A DNA stretch of 64,000 nt from an uncultured bacterium (GCA_963759775.1 CAVXAH010000001.1:336682-400681); one strand, 5' to 3'; positions 16,920-27,689 are shown, counted from the stretch's first letter. The notes: generated from the sequence alone by a model not told the origin. Numbers and translations are program-made.

Positions 16920-18020
16920 TCACTGGTTCATTGGAGAAACAAGGTACAGGAGGCTTGTGTCTCCAACTCCTTTTGCAATAAGTGGGCGACCAATGCCGCT
17001 CGCAGAAAGCGTAAGGTGTTCGGTTGAGGTGAGTGGAAGTATTGCTGAAAGATAGCGGTGGTTAAACGAGAGTTCGAGTGGGTTTCCTTCTATTTTTGCA
17101 GAAATACGCTCCGTTGATTCCCCGACTTCTGTGTTTCTCGAAAAAAGTTCGAGGGTTTTTGTTTTTGGATCAAAATTGAGGCGGATCTTTTGAAATGAGT
17201 CAGAAAAAACCGCGACTCGTTTTAATGCGGTCTCAAAATCTCTTCGGTGTACTGTCGCCACAACCACAGATTCCTTAGGGATGATTTGGTGGTAGTCGGG
17301 GTAAACCGCGGAGGTGAGGCGTGAAACAAGAGTTCCACCATCCCAAATAAATGCGCATTGGTGTTCATCGAAAGAAACAATAACATCTTCGTCTGGAAGC
17401 GCTTGGGCGATATCGAGTGCGTTTTTTGCAGGAATGAGTATTTTGCTTTGTGAGGTTTTTGTTTTGAGTGGAGTTTTTTTCTCTACCAGTCGGAATGAGT
17501 CTGTGGCTACTAAGGTAAGTATTCCTCCTTCAATAAAAAGATAGATGCTTGAGAGTTCGGGGCGGACGGTAGAGGTTGATGCGCAGCTCGCCACCGAGGT
17601 AATAAGTGTACGTAGTTGCCCACCAGGAAGAATGAATCTGTTTTTTGGGTTCTCAGGAAAGGGTATAGAGGGGAAGTCGTCGTAGGGTGTTGTTTTTATT
17701 GAGCTTTTTGCCGAACCACTCTTCACCACCACAATGTCTCCTGTGTGTTCAAGAGAGACTGTTCCCTCTCCTGTAAGAGTGGAGGCGATGTTTTTAAGTA
17801 TGTGAGCAGGAATAGCAACAACCCCATCTCCTTTTTTCTCCCCAGACACCTTAAGATCAACCCCTGTTTCAAGGTTGGTGGCGCGGAACTTAATCCCATC
17901 GTCCCCTGCAATAATAAGAATTGAAGAAAGTGCAGGGAGTGCCGCGGTGTTATGTTGTGCAAAACGTGACGCTGTGGATATCGCGTCTATGAATTTCTTC
18001 TTTTCTAAAGAAATAATCAT
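16920..18020 (-). CDS. dnaN: DNA polymerase III beta sliding clamp
   Basis: 366 aa, three-domain clamp-like pattern, immediately downstream of dnaA. Confidence 0.9.
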   Translation of the reverse strand: MIISLEKKKFIDAISTASRFAQHNTAALPALSSILIIAGDDGIKFRATNLETGVDLKVSGEKKGDGVVAIPAHILKNIASTLTGEGTVSLEHTGDIVVVKSGSAKSSIKTTPYDDFPSIPFPENPKNRFILPGGQLRTLITSVASCASTSTVRPELSSIYLFIEGGILTLVATDSFRLVEKKTPLKTKTSQSKILIPAKNALDIAQALPDEDVIVSFDEHQCAFIWDGGTLVSRLTSAVYPDYHQIIPKESVVVATVHRRDFETALKRVAVFSDSFQKIRLNFDPKTKTLELFSRNTEVGESTERISAKIEGNPLELSFNHRYLSAILPLTSTEHLTLSASGIGRPLIAKGVGDTSLLYLVSPMNQ

Positions 18021-18326
18021 ATGAATACTATTAGGGGTGGGTATAAGTGGAAAAGATGAAAAAAGGATGAAATATATAGTTGGTTTTTAAGAGTGATTTA
18101 TAAGAAGGTGTTGAAAAACAAACTTTGCGAACAGGGGATAAGAAATTTTTATGTACGAGGTGTGGAGAACTTTGGTTTTTTAAGGACATTATCCCCATCA
18201 AGTTCGTGTGTTTTTCATTTTTTACCAACATCATACCCACCACACTATCCACACAAACAGTTTTTTGTTTACCAAATTGCCAGAACAACCCCACACAACC
18301 CTCTTTGTTTGATGTAGTGTGACGGG
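18021..18326. other. Candidate oriC segment (dnaA-dnaN intergenic, AT-rich with DnaA-box-like 9-mers)
   Basis: TGTGGAGAA 18161-18169, TTATCCCCA 18189-18197, CTATCCACA 18245-18253, GGGGATAA 18134-18141; the same TGTGGAGAA recurs at 19737-19745 upstream of dnaA. Confidence 0.5.
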
Positions 18327-19685
18327 TCATACCAACAATGTTCGAATATTTTGGATGTCTTTTGCGAGGTCCATATTATCAACCACCTCTCTTTTTATTT
18401 TCTCACAAGAGTGAATGACGGTAGTGTGATCGCGCCCCCCAAGCTTCGTCCCAATAGTCGGGTAGGAGACACTAAAGTCTTCTCGGAGAAGATACATGAT
18501 GATTTGGCGTGGGCGTACCACCTCCCTTCGGCGCGTCTTCTCATAAATACTGTCTTCATCAATGCCGTAAAACTCTGCAACCTTAGAAACAATATGTTTT
18601 ACCGAAACGGTCTTCTGGGGCCGAGCAAAAGAGCGAAGCGACTGGCGTACTTCGGCAATGTCTGGCGGAGACCCCTTAACTTGAGCGTGACAGACGATGT
18701 TATTTATCATCCCCTCAAGCTCACGAATAGACCCAGAAACCGAGGTAGATACATGCTCAATTACCTCAGGAGAGAGCAAAATACCATGTGAAGCGGCCTT
18801 CCTTCGGATAATGGCCATACGGGACTCATGGTCAGGTTCACCAATATCAACGGTCATACCGCTTCCAAGCCGGCCACGGAGTCGCTCAGCGATGTCGGGG
18901 ATAGCTGCAGGAGGCCTGTCGCTTGAGAAAATGATTTGTTTATTGTTGTCGTAGAGCGCGTTGAAGAGATGAAAGAGTTCTTCTTGCGATTTCTCCATTT
19001 TCGCGAAGAATTGAACGTCATCCATGATAAGGAGGTCGTGCTGGCGGTACTTGTCTTTGAAATTCTTAAAATGATGTGCTGCCCCTCCTTGCACCGCGTC
19101 GGTGTAGTCGATCACAAACTTCTCTGAGGTCACATAAAATATCTTTCGAGTCGGGTACAGCTTCTTAAATTGGTTTCCTATCGCTTGCACAAGGTGTGTT
19201 TTGCCCCGCCCAGTCTCTCCGTACACAAAAAGTGGGTTGTAGGTGATGCCGGGACGAGCGATAACCGCTTGTGAGGCTGCGTGAGCGAGTTCATTGAAAG
19301 GTCCGACCACAAACGTATCAAAGGTGTACTTCGGATTGAGGTTATCGCTCTTGTTTACATAGAACTCATCAAGCGGAAGTTCTATGTTGGGGCGCTCAAT
19401 ACGAATTTCTTTCGGAACTTTTCGACGCGCGTCCTTTACGATTTGATATTCAATGTTGCGGAACTCGTGCGAGACCCCACGGACGATCTTAAGGAGGAGG
19501 GTGTGGAACTTTTTGAGGTACCAGTCCTTGAAAAACTGACTTGGAACACCCACATGAACCATCCCATCATCTATTTTTACTATGAAACTGTCTTGGAACC
19601 AGGTATTAAAATTTGCGGGGGAGATAGAAAGCTCAACTTGCGTCAGAATGTATTCCCAAAGCTCACGCGAATTCGTTCGGTCCAT
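18327..19685 (-). CDS. dnaA: Chromosomal replication initiator DnaA
   Basis: AAA+ motifs NPLFVYGETGRGKTHL, LLIMDDVQF, and C-terminal DNA-binding domain (GGRDHTTVIHSCEKI). Confidence 0.95.
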   Translation of the reverse strand: MDRTNSRELWEYILTQVELSISPANFNTWFQDSFIVKIDDGMVHVGVPSQFFKDWYLKKFHTLLLKIVRGVSHEFRNIEYQIVKDARRKVPKEIRIERPNIELPLDEFYVNKSDNLNPKYTFDTFVVGPFNELAHAASQAVIARPGITYNPLFVYGETGRGKTHLVQAIGNQFKKLYPTRKIFYVTSEKFVIDYTDAVQGGAAHHFKNFKDKYRQHDLLIMDDVQFFAKMEKSQEELFHLFNALYDNNKQIIFSSDRPPAAIPDIAERLRGRLGSGMTVDIGEPDHESRMAIIRRKAASHGILLSPEVIEHVSTSVSGSIRELEGMINNIVCHAQVKGSPPDIAEVRQSLRSFARPQKTVSVKHIVSKVAEFYGIDEDSIYEKTRRREVVRPRQIIMYLLREDFSVSYPTIGTKLGGRDHTTVIHSCEKIKREVVDNMDLAKDIQNIRTLLV

Positions 19686-19799
19686 AAGGTGTCGCTAGTA
19701 TACGCGCCTTTTCATTTCCGTCTAATGCTCGCGTTTTGTGGAGAACCTGTTAATATGCTGTGTACAACTTATTTCGTTAAATTCTGCTAAAAACACTGT

Positions 19800-19937
19800 A
19801 TGGCAAAACGAACATTCCAACCAAAAAAACGTAAGCGCGCGAAAACACACGGCTTTAGAAAGCGCATGAAGTCGAGTTCTGGTCGTGCAATCGTGCAAAG
19901 ACGTCGTCGTATGGGTAGAAAGCGCCTCTCGAGGTAA
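19800..19937 (+). CDS. rpmH: Ribosomal protein L34
   Basis: 45-aa [26 protein letters not shown]..., below ORF-track cutoff, found by reading the sequence. Confidence 0.9.
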   Translation: MAKRTFQPKKRKRAKTHGFRKRMKSSSGRAIVQRRRRMGRKRLSR

Positions 19938-20257
19938 TGTTCCCCCGTTCTCGCCGCCTGTCTCGAACAGACTTCTCTCGAAGTAGTGTTTCTCGCGGCG
20001 AACGGCGATCCTCGTCGCATTTTTCTGTCGTTATCCCGCACGAAGGACAGGGATATGCGGTCGTGATTTCTAAAAAGACAGTTAAACTCTCCGTAAAGCG
20101 GCATCTTTTGAAGCGCCGTATACTCTCGGCACTCAGAAAGCTTGATCTCCCGCCTTCACTCATCGTATATCCGAAGGCGGGATCACTCACACTGCCCTTT
20201 AAGGAGCTTACGGAACAACTTAAGACGACAATAGGACGAAAGACACTCTCACGATAG
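19937..20257 (+). CDS. rnpA: RNase P protein component
   Basis: Basic 106-aa protein directly after rpmH (TAATG overlap), conserved rpmH-rnpA-yidC order. Confidence 0.8.
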   Translation: MFPRSRRLSRTDFSRSSVSRGERRSSSHFSVVIPHEGQGYAVVISKKTVKLSVKRHLLKRRILSALRKLDLPPSLIVYPKAGSLTLPFKELTEQLKTTIGRKTLSR

Positions 20258-20278
20258 AATACAAGCCCGCTCCGGCTT

Positions 20279-21019
20279 ATGATTTCAAATTTCTTTCACA
20301 CCGCGTTTTACGACCCAATCTACAACGCGCTCGTTGCGCTTGTTTCCTTGATACCGGGAGGCGACATCGGGCTTGCGGTGGTGGTGCTCACTATCATTAT
20401 TCGTCTCGCCCTTCTCCCCTTCTCGCTTAAAGCGGCACGCACCCAGCGTGCAATGAAGGAGCTTGAGCCACAACTCAAAGAATTGAAGGAGAAGCACAAA
20501 GGAAACAAAGAAACAGAAGCGCGTGCGACCTTCGCGCTCTACAAAGAAGCCCGCGTAAATCCTTTTGCGAGTATTCTTATCGTTTTTATTCAAATCCCCG
20601 TGCTCCTTGCGCTTTACCTTGTGTTCTTTCGTGAAGCGCTCTCTACCATTGATCCGGCCCGCCTTTACTCCTTTACACCAGTTCCAGAAATAACCTCACT
20701 TCTTTTCCTAGGGATTGTCGCGGTTTCAGGAAAAAGTATTGTGCTGGCAATACTTGCAGGTATTACGCAGTTCTTTCAGGCGCACGTTGCCCTCTCGGGT
20801 ACCATGAAGCCTTCGGGAACAGGAATGCAGGCTGATTTTCAGAAAGCAATGGGTATGCAGTTACGCTATGTTTTTCCTTTTCTTATCGCGACGATTTCAT
20901 ACACCACCTCAAGCGCCATCGCGCTCTACTTCATTACGACCAATATCGTGGGCGTCCTGCAAGAACAATACGTGAAGCACAAAGTTCACAAACAACCCGT
21001 AGACTCGAACAAAGTTTAG
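20279..21019 (+). CDS. yidC: Membrane protein insertase YidC (short form)
   Basis: Multi-TM 246 aa with IIRLALLPFSLKAARTQRAMKELEPQLKELKEK pattern of the YidC/Oxa1 family. Confidence 0.85.
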   Translation: MISNFFHTAFYDPIYNALVALVSLIPGGDIGLAVVVLTIIIRLALLPFSLKAARTQRAMKELEPQLKELKEKHKGNKETEARATFALYKEARVNPFASILIVFIQIPVLLALYLVFFREALSTIDPARLYSFTPVPEITSLLFLGIVAVSGKSIVLAILAGITQFFQAHVALSGTMKPSGTGMQADFQKAMGMQLRYVFPFLIATISYTTSSAIALYFITTNIVGVLQEQYVKHKVHKQPVDSNKV

Positions 21020-22212
21020 AGCTGATAGCTCCAGAGAGAACCATCATTCTTGTTTATAAAGACGAGCACGCGTCCTTTGGGATCAAGGGTGAGCGCCGTA
21101 GCATCAAGCGCGACCTCGGTTTCGGCCGAGAAATCAAGGGTGAGCTGAGCGAAGCGTGCAGAGACATCAATTTTCCAGATGCGGTCACTGAAGTGAACGG
21201 CACCTTGGTACCAATCATCTGGGTACGTAGCGTTTTGAGGAGATGCTGGCACACCACAATAAACCGCAGACTCGTCTGTTGTCCACGCACACTTGTCCGC
21301 AATAGTTCCAATAGGAAGTGGCGTAACCTCGCGAGTGGAAGCATTAACAAGCTCCATTTTCATAGTCCCTCCTGAAACAAAACTTACGAGTACCCATTTC
21401 CCCGAAGGGCTTGAAAGTGCGACAAGCCCAGGGTGGGGACCCGAAACGCGCGCAAAAGATCCTTTACTATTCACCAAAAATGCATACCCATCTTCTTTTG
21501 ACGAAGGTTTGGTAAACACCAGGTACTGACTTTTCCCTGCAAACGAAGCGCGTATTGAAGAAAGCGGTGTCGTGAAGACTTGCACCGCACCTGTTCCATT
21601 TGCGCGCATGGTGGTGCCGATAGAACCATTCACTCCCGACGCAACCACAAGGACGCTTGAGGAAGCGGTGGCAACACTTGAGAGGTTTTGTGCAAGAAAC
21701 GAGCCAGGGCTACCGTCTTTAGTGAGCGCATAGGTGTTAATGGTGGAGAAATCAGCTCCAGAGAGATATCGTACAAGTGAAACTGATGCATCCGAAAGCC
21801 ATGAAGCTTCTTGGATACCCGGAACAGTTCGATTACTCGTGCGAGTGAGTGCTCCCGAAGGACGCGCGTATGAAAAGACGTTGCCACTCTGGCGTTCAAT
21901 GAAGAAGATTTCTACCTCGCTTCCCGCAGGAGACGTGGAAGCATTAGCGGAGACCGCCACCATTCCGGGAACGACGGGGCCGGCGCTTATTTTTGCGAGA
22001 CGAAGCGCGGTTGGTTGCGCGGAAGAAGTTTCTCCTAGGGTGACGTCGGTAGTTGTATCGCCTGTTTCAGTGGGGGTGGTGTCACCAGAGACAGGAAGTG
22101 TTGGGTTTGGCGTCACGATTACCCCCGCCTTTTTCGGAATCAAAAAATACGCAACAACGCCAAGTCCGATGAGGACGACGAGAGTACTGACGATGATAAG
22201 TGTACGACGCAT
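21016..22212 (-). CDS. Hypothetical membrane-anchored protein, beta-rich ectodomain
   Basis: N-terminal TM (LIIVSTLVVLIGLGVVAYFLI), Thr/Ser-rich linker, last gene of the T4SS-like minus-strand block. Confidence 0.55.
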   Translation of the reverse strand: MRRTLIIVSTLVVLIGLGVVAYFLIPKKAGVIVTPNPTLPVSGDTTPTETGDTTTDVTLGETSSAQPTALRLAKISAGPVVPGMVAVSANASTSPAGSEVEIFFIERQSGNVFSYARPSGALTRTSNRTVPGIQEASWLSDASVSLVRYLSGADFSTINTYALTKDGSPGSFLAQNLSSVATASSSVLVVASGVNGSIGTTMRANGTGAVQVFTTPLSSIRASFAGKSQYLVFTKPSSKEDGYAFLVNSKGSFARVSGPHPGLVALSSPSGKWVLVSFVSGGTMKMELVNASTREVTPLPIGTIADKCAWTTDESAVYCGVPASPQNATYPDDWYQGAVHFSDRIWKIDVSARFAQLTLDFSAETEVALDATALTLDPKGRVLVFINKNDGSLWSYQL

Positions 22213-22215
22213 AGA

Positions 22216-23433
22216 TTATTGGAATGGTGTCCAGCTCGGACTTTTAGAACACTTACCGGTGCCAATAAAGGAAGATGCTCGGCACGATAGGATTTCCGTG
22301 TAGCACGTTGCAGGACTTGGCGCATCTGCTGGCAAGGTGCTTTTTGGTAATGGCGCACAGGTGTGTGAAATCGTATATGAAGGATCGTCGCTTATGCAGG
22401 TTTCCCACCCGCTACCCCCACAAATACTTGCGAATTGTATCGCATCAGATCCATTGGTTTGGTAAACGGTGTCAGACCCATTGATTCGGGAATTTGATGC
22501 AATAGCCAAAGGCTGTAGTCGGGCCATTGGACCAGTGAATGCAGATGATGTGTGGACGTCTATAAATTCAAATTTATTTGATCGGGTACAACTTAGTCTA
22601 TTTATTGCTGGTGTCCCGTCGGCGTTTTTCGTTATCGGAGTAATTTCCGATAGAATTCCTTTCGAACAGCCCTGACCCCACTTTTGTGCCGCGACACCGG
22701 AGGGACAAATTGCAATTTGTAGAATGTTACTGTCACCAGTGACCGAACACCCCGTTGTTTCATCGACCGCATTTTGAGAACTCGAACCACCACGCCACCC
22801 TCCACTTTTTGTATCAAGCCCAGGCAAAGAGACCGAGAGATTCAGAATGCTTGGATTGATGATAGAGAAGACAATGACGGGAGAAAGTACTAGGAGGAGA
22901 CCAAAAAGTGCCTCCATAATGTGTTTTTTCCCATCCGCATGTTTGTAGACACTTTCGGTTGAGATTTCAAGACCGCCGCGGATGATTTGGATAACTGCGA
23001 GAACGGCGGCAAGTCCGATAAGGTATTTGTAGAGGTTGTTAAAGAATGCCGCGAGGTTTTTGGATTCAGCAACCGTGCCATCTGTAAGTCCGGGAATTGG
23101 AGCAAGTGCTTTGAAAGTAGCCGGACCAGGACTGCTGTTTGAGTTAGTTGAATTGAAGCCGCTGTTAACGCATGTTTGCGATACGGTGTCGCACACTTGT
23201 CCCGACGAACAGGCAGGGTTGCATGTTACGGGAGCATTCGGGTCAGCAACACACGTTCCATAATTTGGGCCACCGGGAGAGGTATCGCATGTGTAGCCAG
23301 CATTACACGCGGTTACGGGGTTATATGGATTAGTGGGGTCACAGACACCGCCCGCCCCCACAGCGAAGACGGTCGAAGGAGTTCCGACAGCACCAAGAAA
23401 GACAAGCGCGAAGACAAAAAAAGTTTTTTTCAT
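22216..23433 (-). CDS. Secreted Cys-rich protein with a TrbC/VirB2-pilin-like double-TM core
   Basis: Signal peptide MKKTFFVFALVFLGAVG; central segment LIGLAAVLAVIQIIRGGLEI...EALFGLLLVLSPVIVFSII resembles T4SS pilin hairpin; flanked by Cys-rich domains. Confidence 0.45.
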   Translation of the reverse strand: MKKTFFVFALVFLGAVGTPSTVFAVGAGGVCDPTNPYNPVTACNAGYTCDTSPGGPNYGTCVADPNAPVTCNPACSSGQVCDTVSQTCVNSGFNSTNSNSSPGPATFKALAPIPGLTDGTVAESKNLAAFFNNLYKYLIGLAAVLAVIQIIRGGLEISTESVYKHADGKKHIMEALFGLLLVLSPVIVFSIINPSILNLSVSLPGLDTKSGGWRGGSSSQNAVDETTGCSVTGDSNILQIAICPSGVAAQKWGQGCSKGILSEITPITKNADGTPAINRLSCTRSNKFEFIDVHTSSAFTGPMARLQPLAIASNSRINGSDTVYQTNGSDAIQFASICGGSGWETCISDDPSYTISHTCAPLPKSTLPADAPSPATCYTEILSCRASSFIGTGKCSKSPSWTPFQ

Positions 23434-24422
23434 AGGCCAAAGAGTCCTCCGCTGGAGGATTTACCAAAAGAAATAATAAGTGCTGAAGTTGCGTTTTCAG
23501 ACGCTGAAGACTTGCTTGCAGAGAACGAAACAGAGGCGGTTCCTTGGCCTGCGCCTTGTGGGCGGAGTGTAAGGATCTGTCCCGACTGTGCCGCCGAGCC
23601 ATTCAAGAGCCACGACATGCTTGGCGAGCCGCCCCCGTTCCCAAAAGAATACGGAACGCCAAAGAACGAAACCTCGCTGCCGGCGAGCGTAAAGGTTCCG
23701 GAAAGAGCACGTTCAAAGCGGGGACCAAGCAAGGGATCGTTTTCATAAAGACGAATGGAAGGCTCGCTTCCGGAGATGCGTACGGTTTTTTCTCCTATTT
23801 GTGTGCCGTCTACCGTTTTTACCACCACCGAAACAGTGCGTGAGCGATATTGGAGCGGTACTGAAGCGACAACGGAGTCTTTTCCAAGTCCGGAATAGTT
23901 TTGAAAGACCGCATCATCAATCGTCCATGTGTAAGAAAGTCCGGAAGGACTGATGCGCACGCCTGCGGCGGTTCTAAAATCTGTCACCGCAACAACACGC
24001 ACATTTCCGGAGAGTGGAACCAAGGGCTTCCCCGGGTAAAGCGGAGGAGCGGAGGACTGTGGTTCAACAATAAGCGCCACGTCGCCGGGAACAAAAACCA
24101 GATTCTGGGTGTATTTTTTTGGACCCGAGGTAATAACCACGCTCACCGTTGTTTTTGCTCCGGGCGCTCCGAGTGTAACTGAAAAAGGCTGCACATTTCC
24201 CTCGTAGGTCTTAGCGCCATTCACAGAGGCGACCATTGTACTTATGGAGAGGTCAAGCACAGTGCTTGTAGTCGTGATGACCGCCGTTTCATACGGCGCG
24301 GGATTCGTAGGATTTGTCGAAAGTGAGACGGCGGGAACTCCTTGGGCGAAAGCGACGCTTCCCTCGAAAAGCAAAGCGGCCAAGATGGCTACGAGGGAAC
24401 CAAGAACAAAGCGGGATACCAT
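23430..24422 (-). CDS. Secreted hypothetical protein (beta-rich)
   Basis: Signal peptide, repetitive Ig-like beta-strand composition; within T4SS-like block. Confidence 0.5.
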   Translation of the reverse strand: MVSRFVLGSLVAILAALLFEGSVAFAQGVPAVSLSTNPTNPAPYETAVITTTSTVLDLSISTMVASVNGAKTYEGNVQPFSVTLGAPGAKTTVSVVITSGPKKYTQNLVFVPGDVALIVEPQSSAPPLYPGKPLVPLSGNVRVVAVTDFRTAAGVRISPSGLSYTWTIDDAVFQNYSGLGKDSVVASVPLQYRSRTVSVVVKTVDGTQIGEKTVRISGSEPSIRLYENDPLLGPRFERALSGTFTLAGSEVSFFGVPYSFGNGGGSPSMSWLLNGSAAQSGQILTLRPQGAGQGTASVSFSASKSSASENATSALIISFGKSSSGGLFGL

Positions 24423-24454
24423 GTTCTTAACAGTATATACGGTCTCTAGGTCCC

Positions 24455-25177
24455 CTATGCCGCTTGCTGAATGGATTCGGGGATTATGTTTTCGTTTGCA
24501 GCGTCAGACCCTTTCAAATTTTCGGCCTCTTGAGCGCTTGTTTCGAGCGCTAACTCTGCCTCGTACTCAGCATCGTTTGCCGCCCCCGCGAGGGCCAATT
24601 GTCGTTGTTGCAATTCATTTTGTTCCTGTTGCAAGAGCCCAGCTCGTTGTGCTGTATTTTGCTTCTTCCATTTCTTAAGCCTCTCCTTATCATCTCTGCG
24701 CGCACTAAGTACAATGTGCGAAATTGAAACGGTGAAAGTCGGGAGAGCCCCCACAAAAGGCACCTCGCTCGTAATCCAGCCGGCCAGTATCGCAATTAGA
24801 CGCGAGCTTTTGAAGAGAGGGACGCCAGAAAAAAGAAACCAGGTGAGGAAGAACATCCAGCCGAAAAGCGCGACCGCCATACCAAGTACAATGCCGAGCA
24901 CCATATATACTGGCGCTCCCCAAACACCCGTTCCAACACCAACAAGGGCTCCCGCGGCAACACCAAGGTCCGCAGCCCGTTCCCCAAGGAGCCCTCCAGC
25001 CTTTGATTCCACCCACGTCGCCGCGGCGAAACCAGCAAGGACTGGACCAAGAAAAATGAAAATAGAACAACCAAACTTGAGCGCATCAAAGAAAGCCGCG
25101 AGGGAAATCGCAATTACCGTCTTTGAAAGAGGCATGTGCGGCTTTGGTTCTTGAAGCAGAGAATCTGCGCGTGCCAT
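24455..25177 (-). CDS. Polytopic membrane protein with Gln-rich coiled C-terminus
   Basis: At least 4 predicted TM helices; directly downstream of the VirB4-like gene (position of VirB6-like components in Gram-positive T4SS); weak. Confidence 0.45.
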   Translation of the reverse strand: MARADSLLQEPKPHMPLSKTVIAISLAAFFDALKFGCSIFIFLGPVLAGFAAATWVESKAGGLLGERAADLGVAAGALVGVGTGVWGAPVYMVLGIVLGMAVALFGWMFFLTWFLFSGVPLFKSSRLIAILAGWITSEVPFVGALPTFTVSISHIVLSARRDDKERLKKWKKQNTAQRAGLLQQEQNELQQRQLALAGAANDAEYEAELALETSAQEAENLKGSDAANENIIPESIQQAA

Positions 25178-25196
25178 CCTCTACAGTATCGCACGA

Positions 25197-27682
25197 CTAT
25201 ACAGGTGCTGATGGGTTGCCTGGGTTTTGTGCATTCGCAAAACGCTCTTTTTCTTGCTTGATGGAGAGGAGCTGAGACGGATCTGAAGTGATGATCTGAT
25301 CTTCGGTGTAGGAAGCCACTATTTTTATAGCGACATGCTTCAGGCCTGCGAAAAAGAGCCCCTCGCCTACCCCCGCCTCAAGGAGGAGGTATTTCTCCTG
25401 GTCGGTAAGGTTGAACGTTTTCTGAAGCACATCTATAGAAGTCGCAGATTGCTTAAGGAGAATTTGGATTGATGAGTTTGCGAGAATAGGTTTTCCATAC
25501 GGAGAACGAAGGAAGTCCTCAACGTCTTGAGTGATCGTGCACACGCCGAGATAGTATTTGCGGCCGCGTTTTGCGAGTGAATACAAGAAGGACGCGGTGT
25601 CTTCGGATTTCATCATTGACCACGCCTCGTCGACCACAAGGAGTCGTTTCTTAATGTCGTGGCGCACGGCATTCCAGATGAAGTGGGTAACGATGTACAT
25701 GGCGACAGGCTTGAGCTCGTCTTCCATGTCTCGTATCGAGAAAATCACGAGCTGTTGATTGATGTTCACATTGCTTGGCTGGTTCAAAAAGCCTGCCCAG
25801 GTACCCCTCGTGTATTTTGAAAGGCGCTCCACCAAAGACTCGCTTCCTTCCATGCCGGAGAGGACCTGTTCGAAGTCAGAGAGCAGTGGCGGCTCGTGCA
25901 CCGGTGAAGTCTGCTGTCGCCCGTGATGTCTTTAAGTGCGTAGGTTTCGGAAATCGCGCGGTCAACAATAGCGTCTTCTTCAGCGGTAAGCCCGCCAAGC
26001 ATGATGCGGAACAAACCAACGAGGTTAATGATGTTTGATCGTAGGATGTCTTTAGGGTCTTCGTCTGCCTTCACGGGCGGGAGATCAAACGGGTTGATGT
26101 GGTGTTCGGATGAAAGTGAAATATGGAACGAGCGTCCACCGGTTGCTTCCGCAAGCTGGTCGTATTCGCGTTCTGGGTCGATCACAATGACGTCGGTGCC
26201 AAACATCAGGGAGCGCAGAATTTCGAGCTTGGTCGCGTAGCTTTTACCGGAACCTGATTTTGCGAAGATAACGGAGTTGTAGTTTTCAAGTGAGAATCGA
26301 TCAAAAAGAATGAGTGAGGAGTTGTGGCGGTTGATACCGTAGAGGATGCCGCGATCGGACGTGAGGTCAAAGGAAACGAACGGGAACATTGAAGAAAGCG
26401 GTGAGGAATTGAATTTGGAATTAACGAGCAAGCTCGTCGGTTCCAAGGGGAAGGCATGAGCGGAAGCCCTGTTCCTGCTGGAAGAGAGCCGGTTTGGTGT
26501 AGACGAGTTTTGAATCAAGAATTCCGCGGATGTCGCCTTCCGTTTTGTCGATCTCTTCTTTTGAATCCCCATAAAGCGAAATGTAGAGGCCCACGTCAAA
26601 GAGTTTTTCTTGCGCCTGCTGGAGAGAGTCGCGGAGTGTCCTCAATGTCTTGATACCCCGTATCAAGAAGTGGATCGCGCACGAGACCCTCTCGCCTCGC
26701 GCTCATTGATCTGGCTTTGCACCTCAGCTACTTTTTTCTGGAGCGAACGGAGTGCGTCTCCGGTATCAATAGGATGAATGAAAATAGAAGCATCAAGCAC
26801 TTTATCGAGATTGATGACAGGGGCGAACCAGCCGTCTGCGAGAAAGCGTGGGTATGAAATGGTATAGAACGCGCGCGCAAATTTTTCACCAAGCTGTATT
26901 TCGCGCGAGCCAATGGAGAGCGCGGCAGGGGCAATAGTGTCAATGAGATCAAGTGCACCTTGGCGGTAAATATCTTTTGGCAAGACCGGTACAACCGATC
27001 CCTCTTCTTTCTTTTTTCTGCTTAGAAAATCAAGTAGTGCCATAATTTAGGATTCGAGGCGGATAGGGTTTTCAAGCTCTCCAGGGTTGAAAGAGCGGTA
27101 GAGGAGCTCAATAATTTCCTCTGTACCGAGCGGCACCGCACGCACACCCGTTCCCGCGATTCCTCCCGCAACGATAGCGAGGCGTTGCTCAAGCTGGGCG
27201 CGGTCGTGTTCAAACTGGTCTGCCGCACCCGCCTGCGGACCTCCTCCCCCACGGAGCATGCTGAGCGATTTTGAAATCTGCGCAGTGCCCGCGGAGGCGT
27301 ACGGGACAATGATGTAAAACGTTTTCGTCATGATGTTTGAACGCTCAGAAAAGGAGCGGACGAACTCAATGTATTCGCGCAGCTGTATGCGCATGAGCTC
27401 CGTTTTTTGCTCCGGCTCTTTTCCGGCAAGGAGTGTGAGATATGGACGCAAATCCATCTTGCGAGAATTGACGACGATTTGGATAGAAAAATCGAGCGTA
27501 TTCAAAAAGTTTTGAAAACCTTCGGTGATAGCACTCTGTTCGTCAGCAGACTTGAGTCCGAAGTTGACCGAGGAGCAGATAAGAACACCGCGATAGCCGC
27601 CACCCTTAAGGACAATGACGCCGTTTCGGATTTCTTTTACCGGAACAAATGCTTGTGTGGGTGCGGAGCGTTTGGGAGGCAT
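25197..27682 (-). pseudogene. VirB4/ConE/Tn916-Orf16-type T4SS ATPase, disrupted (1 in-frame TAA + about 4 frameshifts)
   Basis: Five collinear fragments (27047-27682, 26663-27043, 26421-26666, 25784-26599, 25197-25901) sum to about 828 codons; Walker A FAKSGSGKSY, Walker B LLVVDEAWSMM; in-frame TAA at 27047-27049; frame changes near 26687, 26636, 26423 and 25903. Confidence 0.8.
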
Positions 27683-27689
27683 ACTATTT

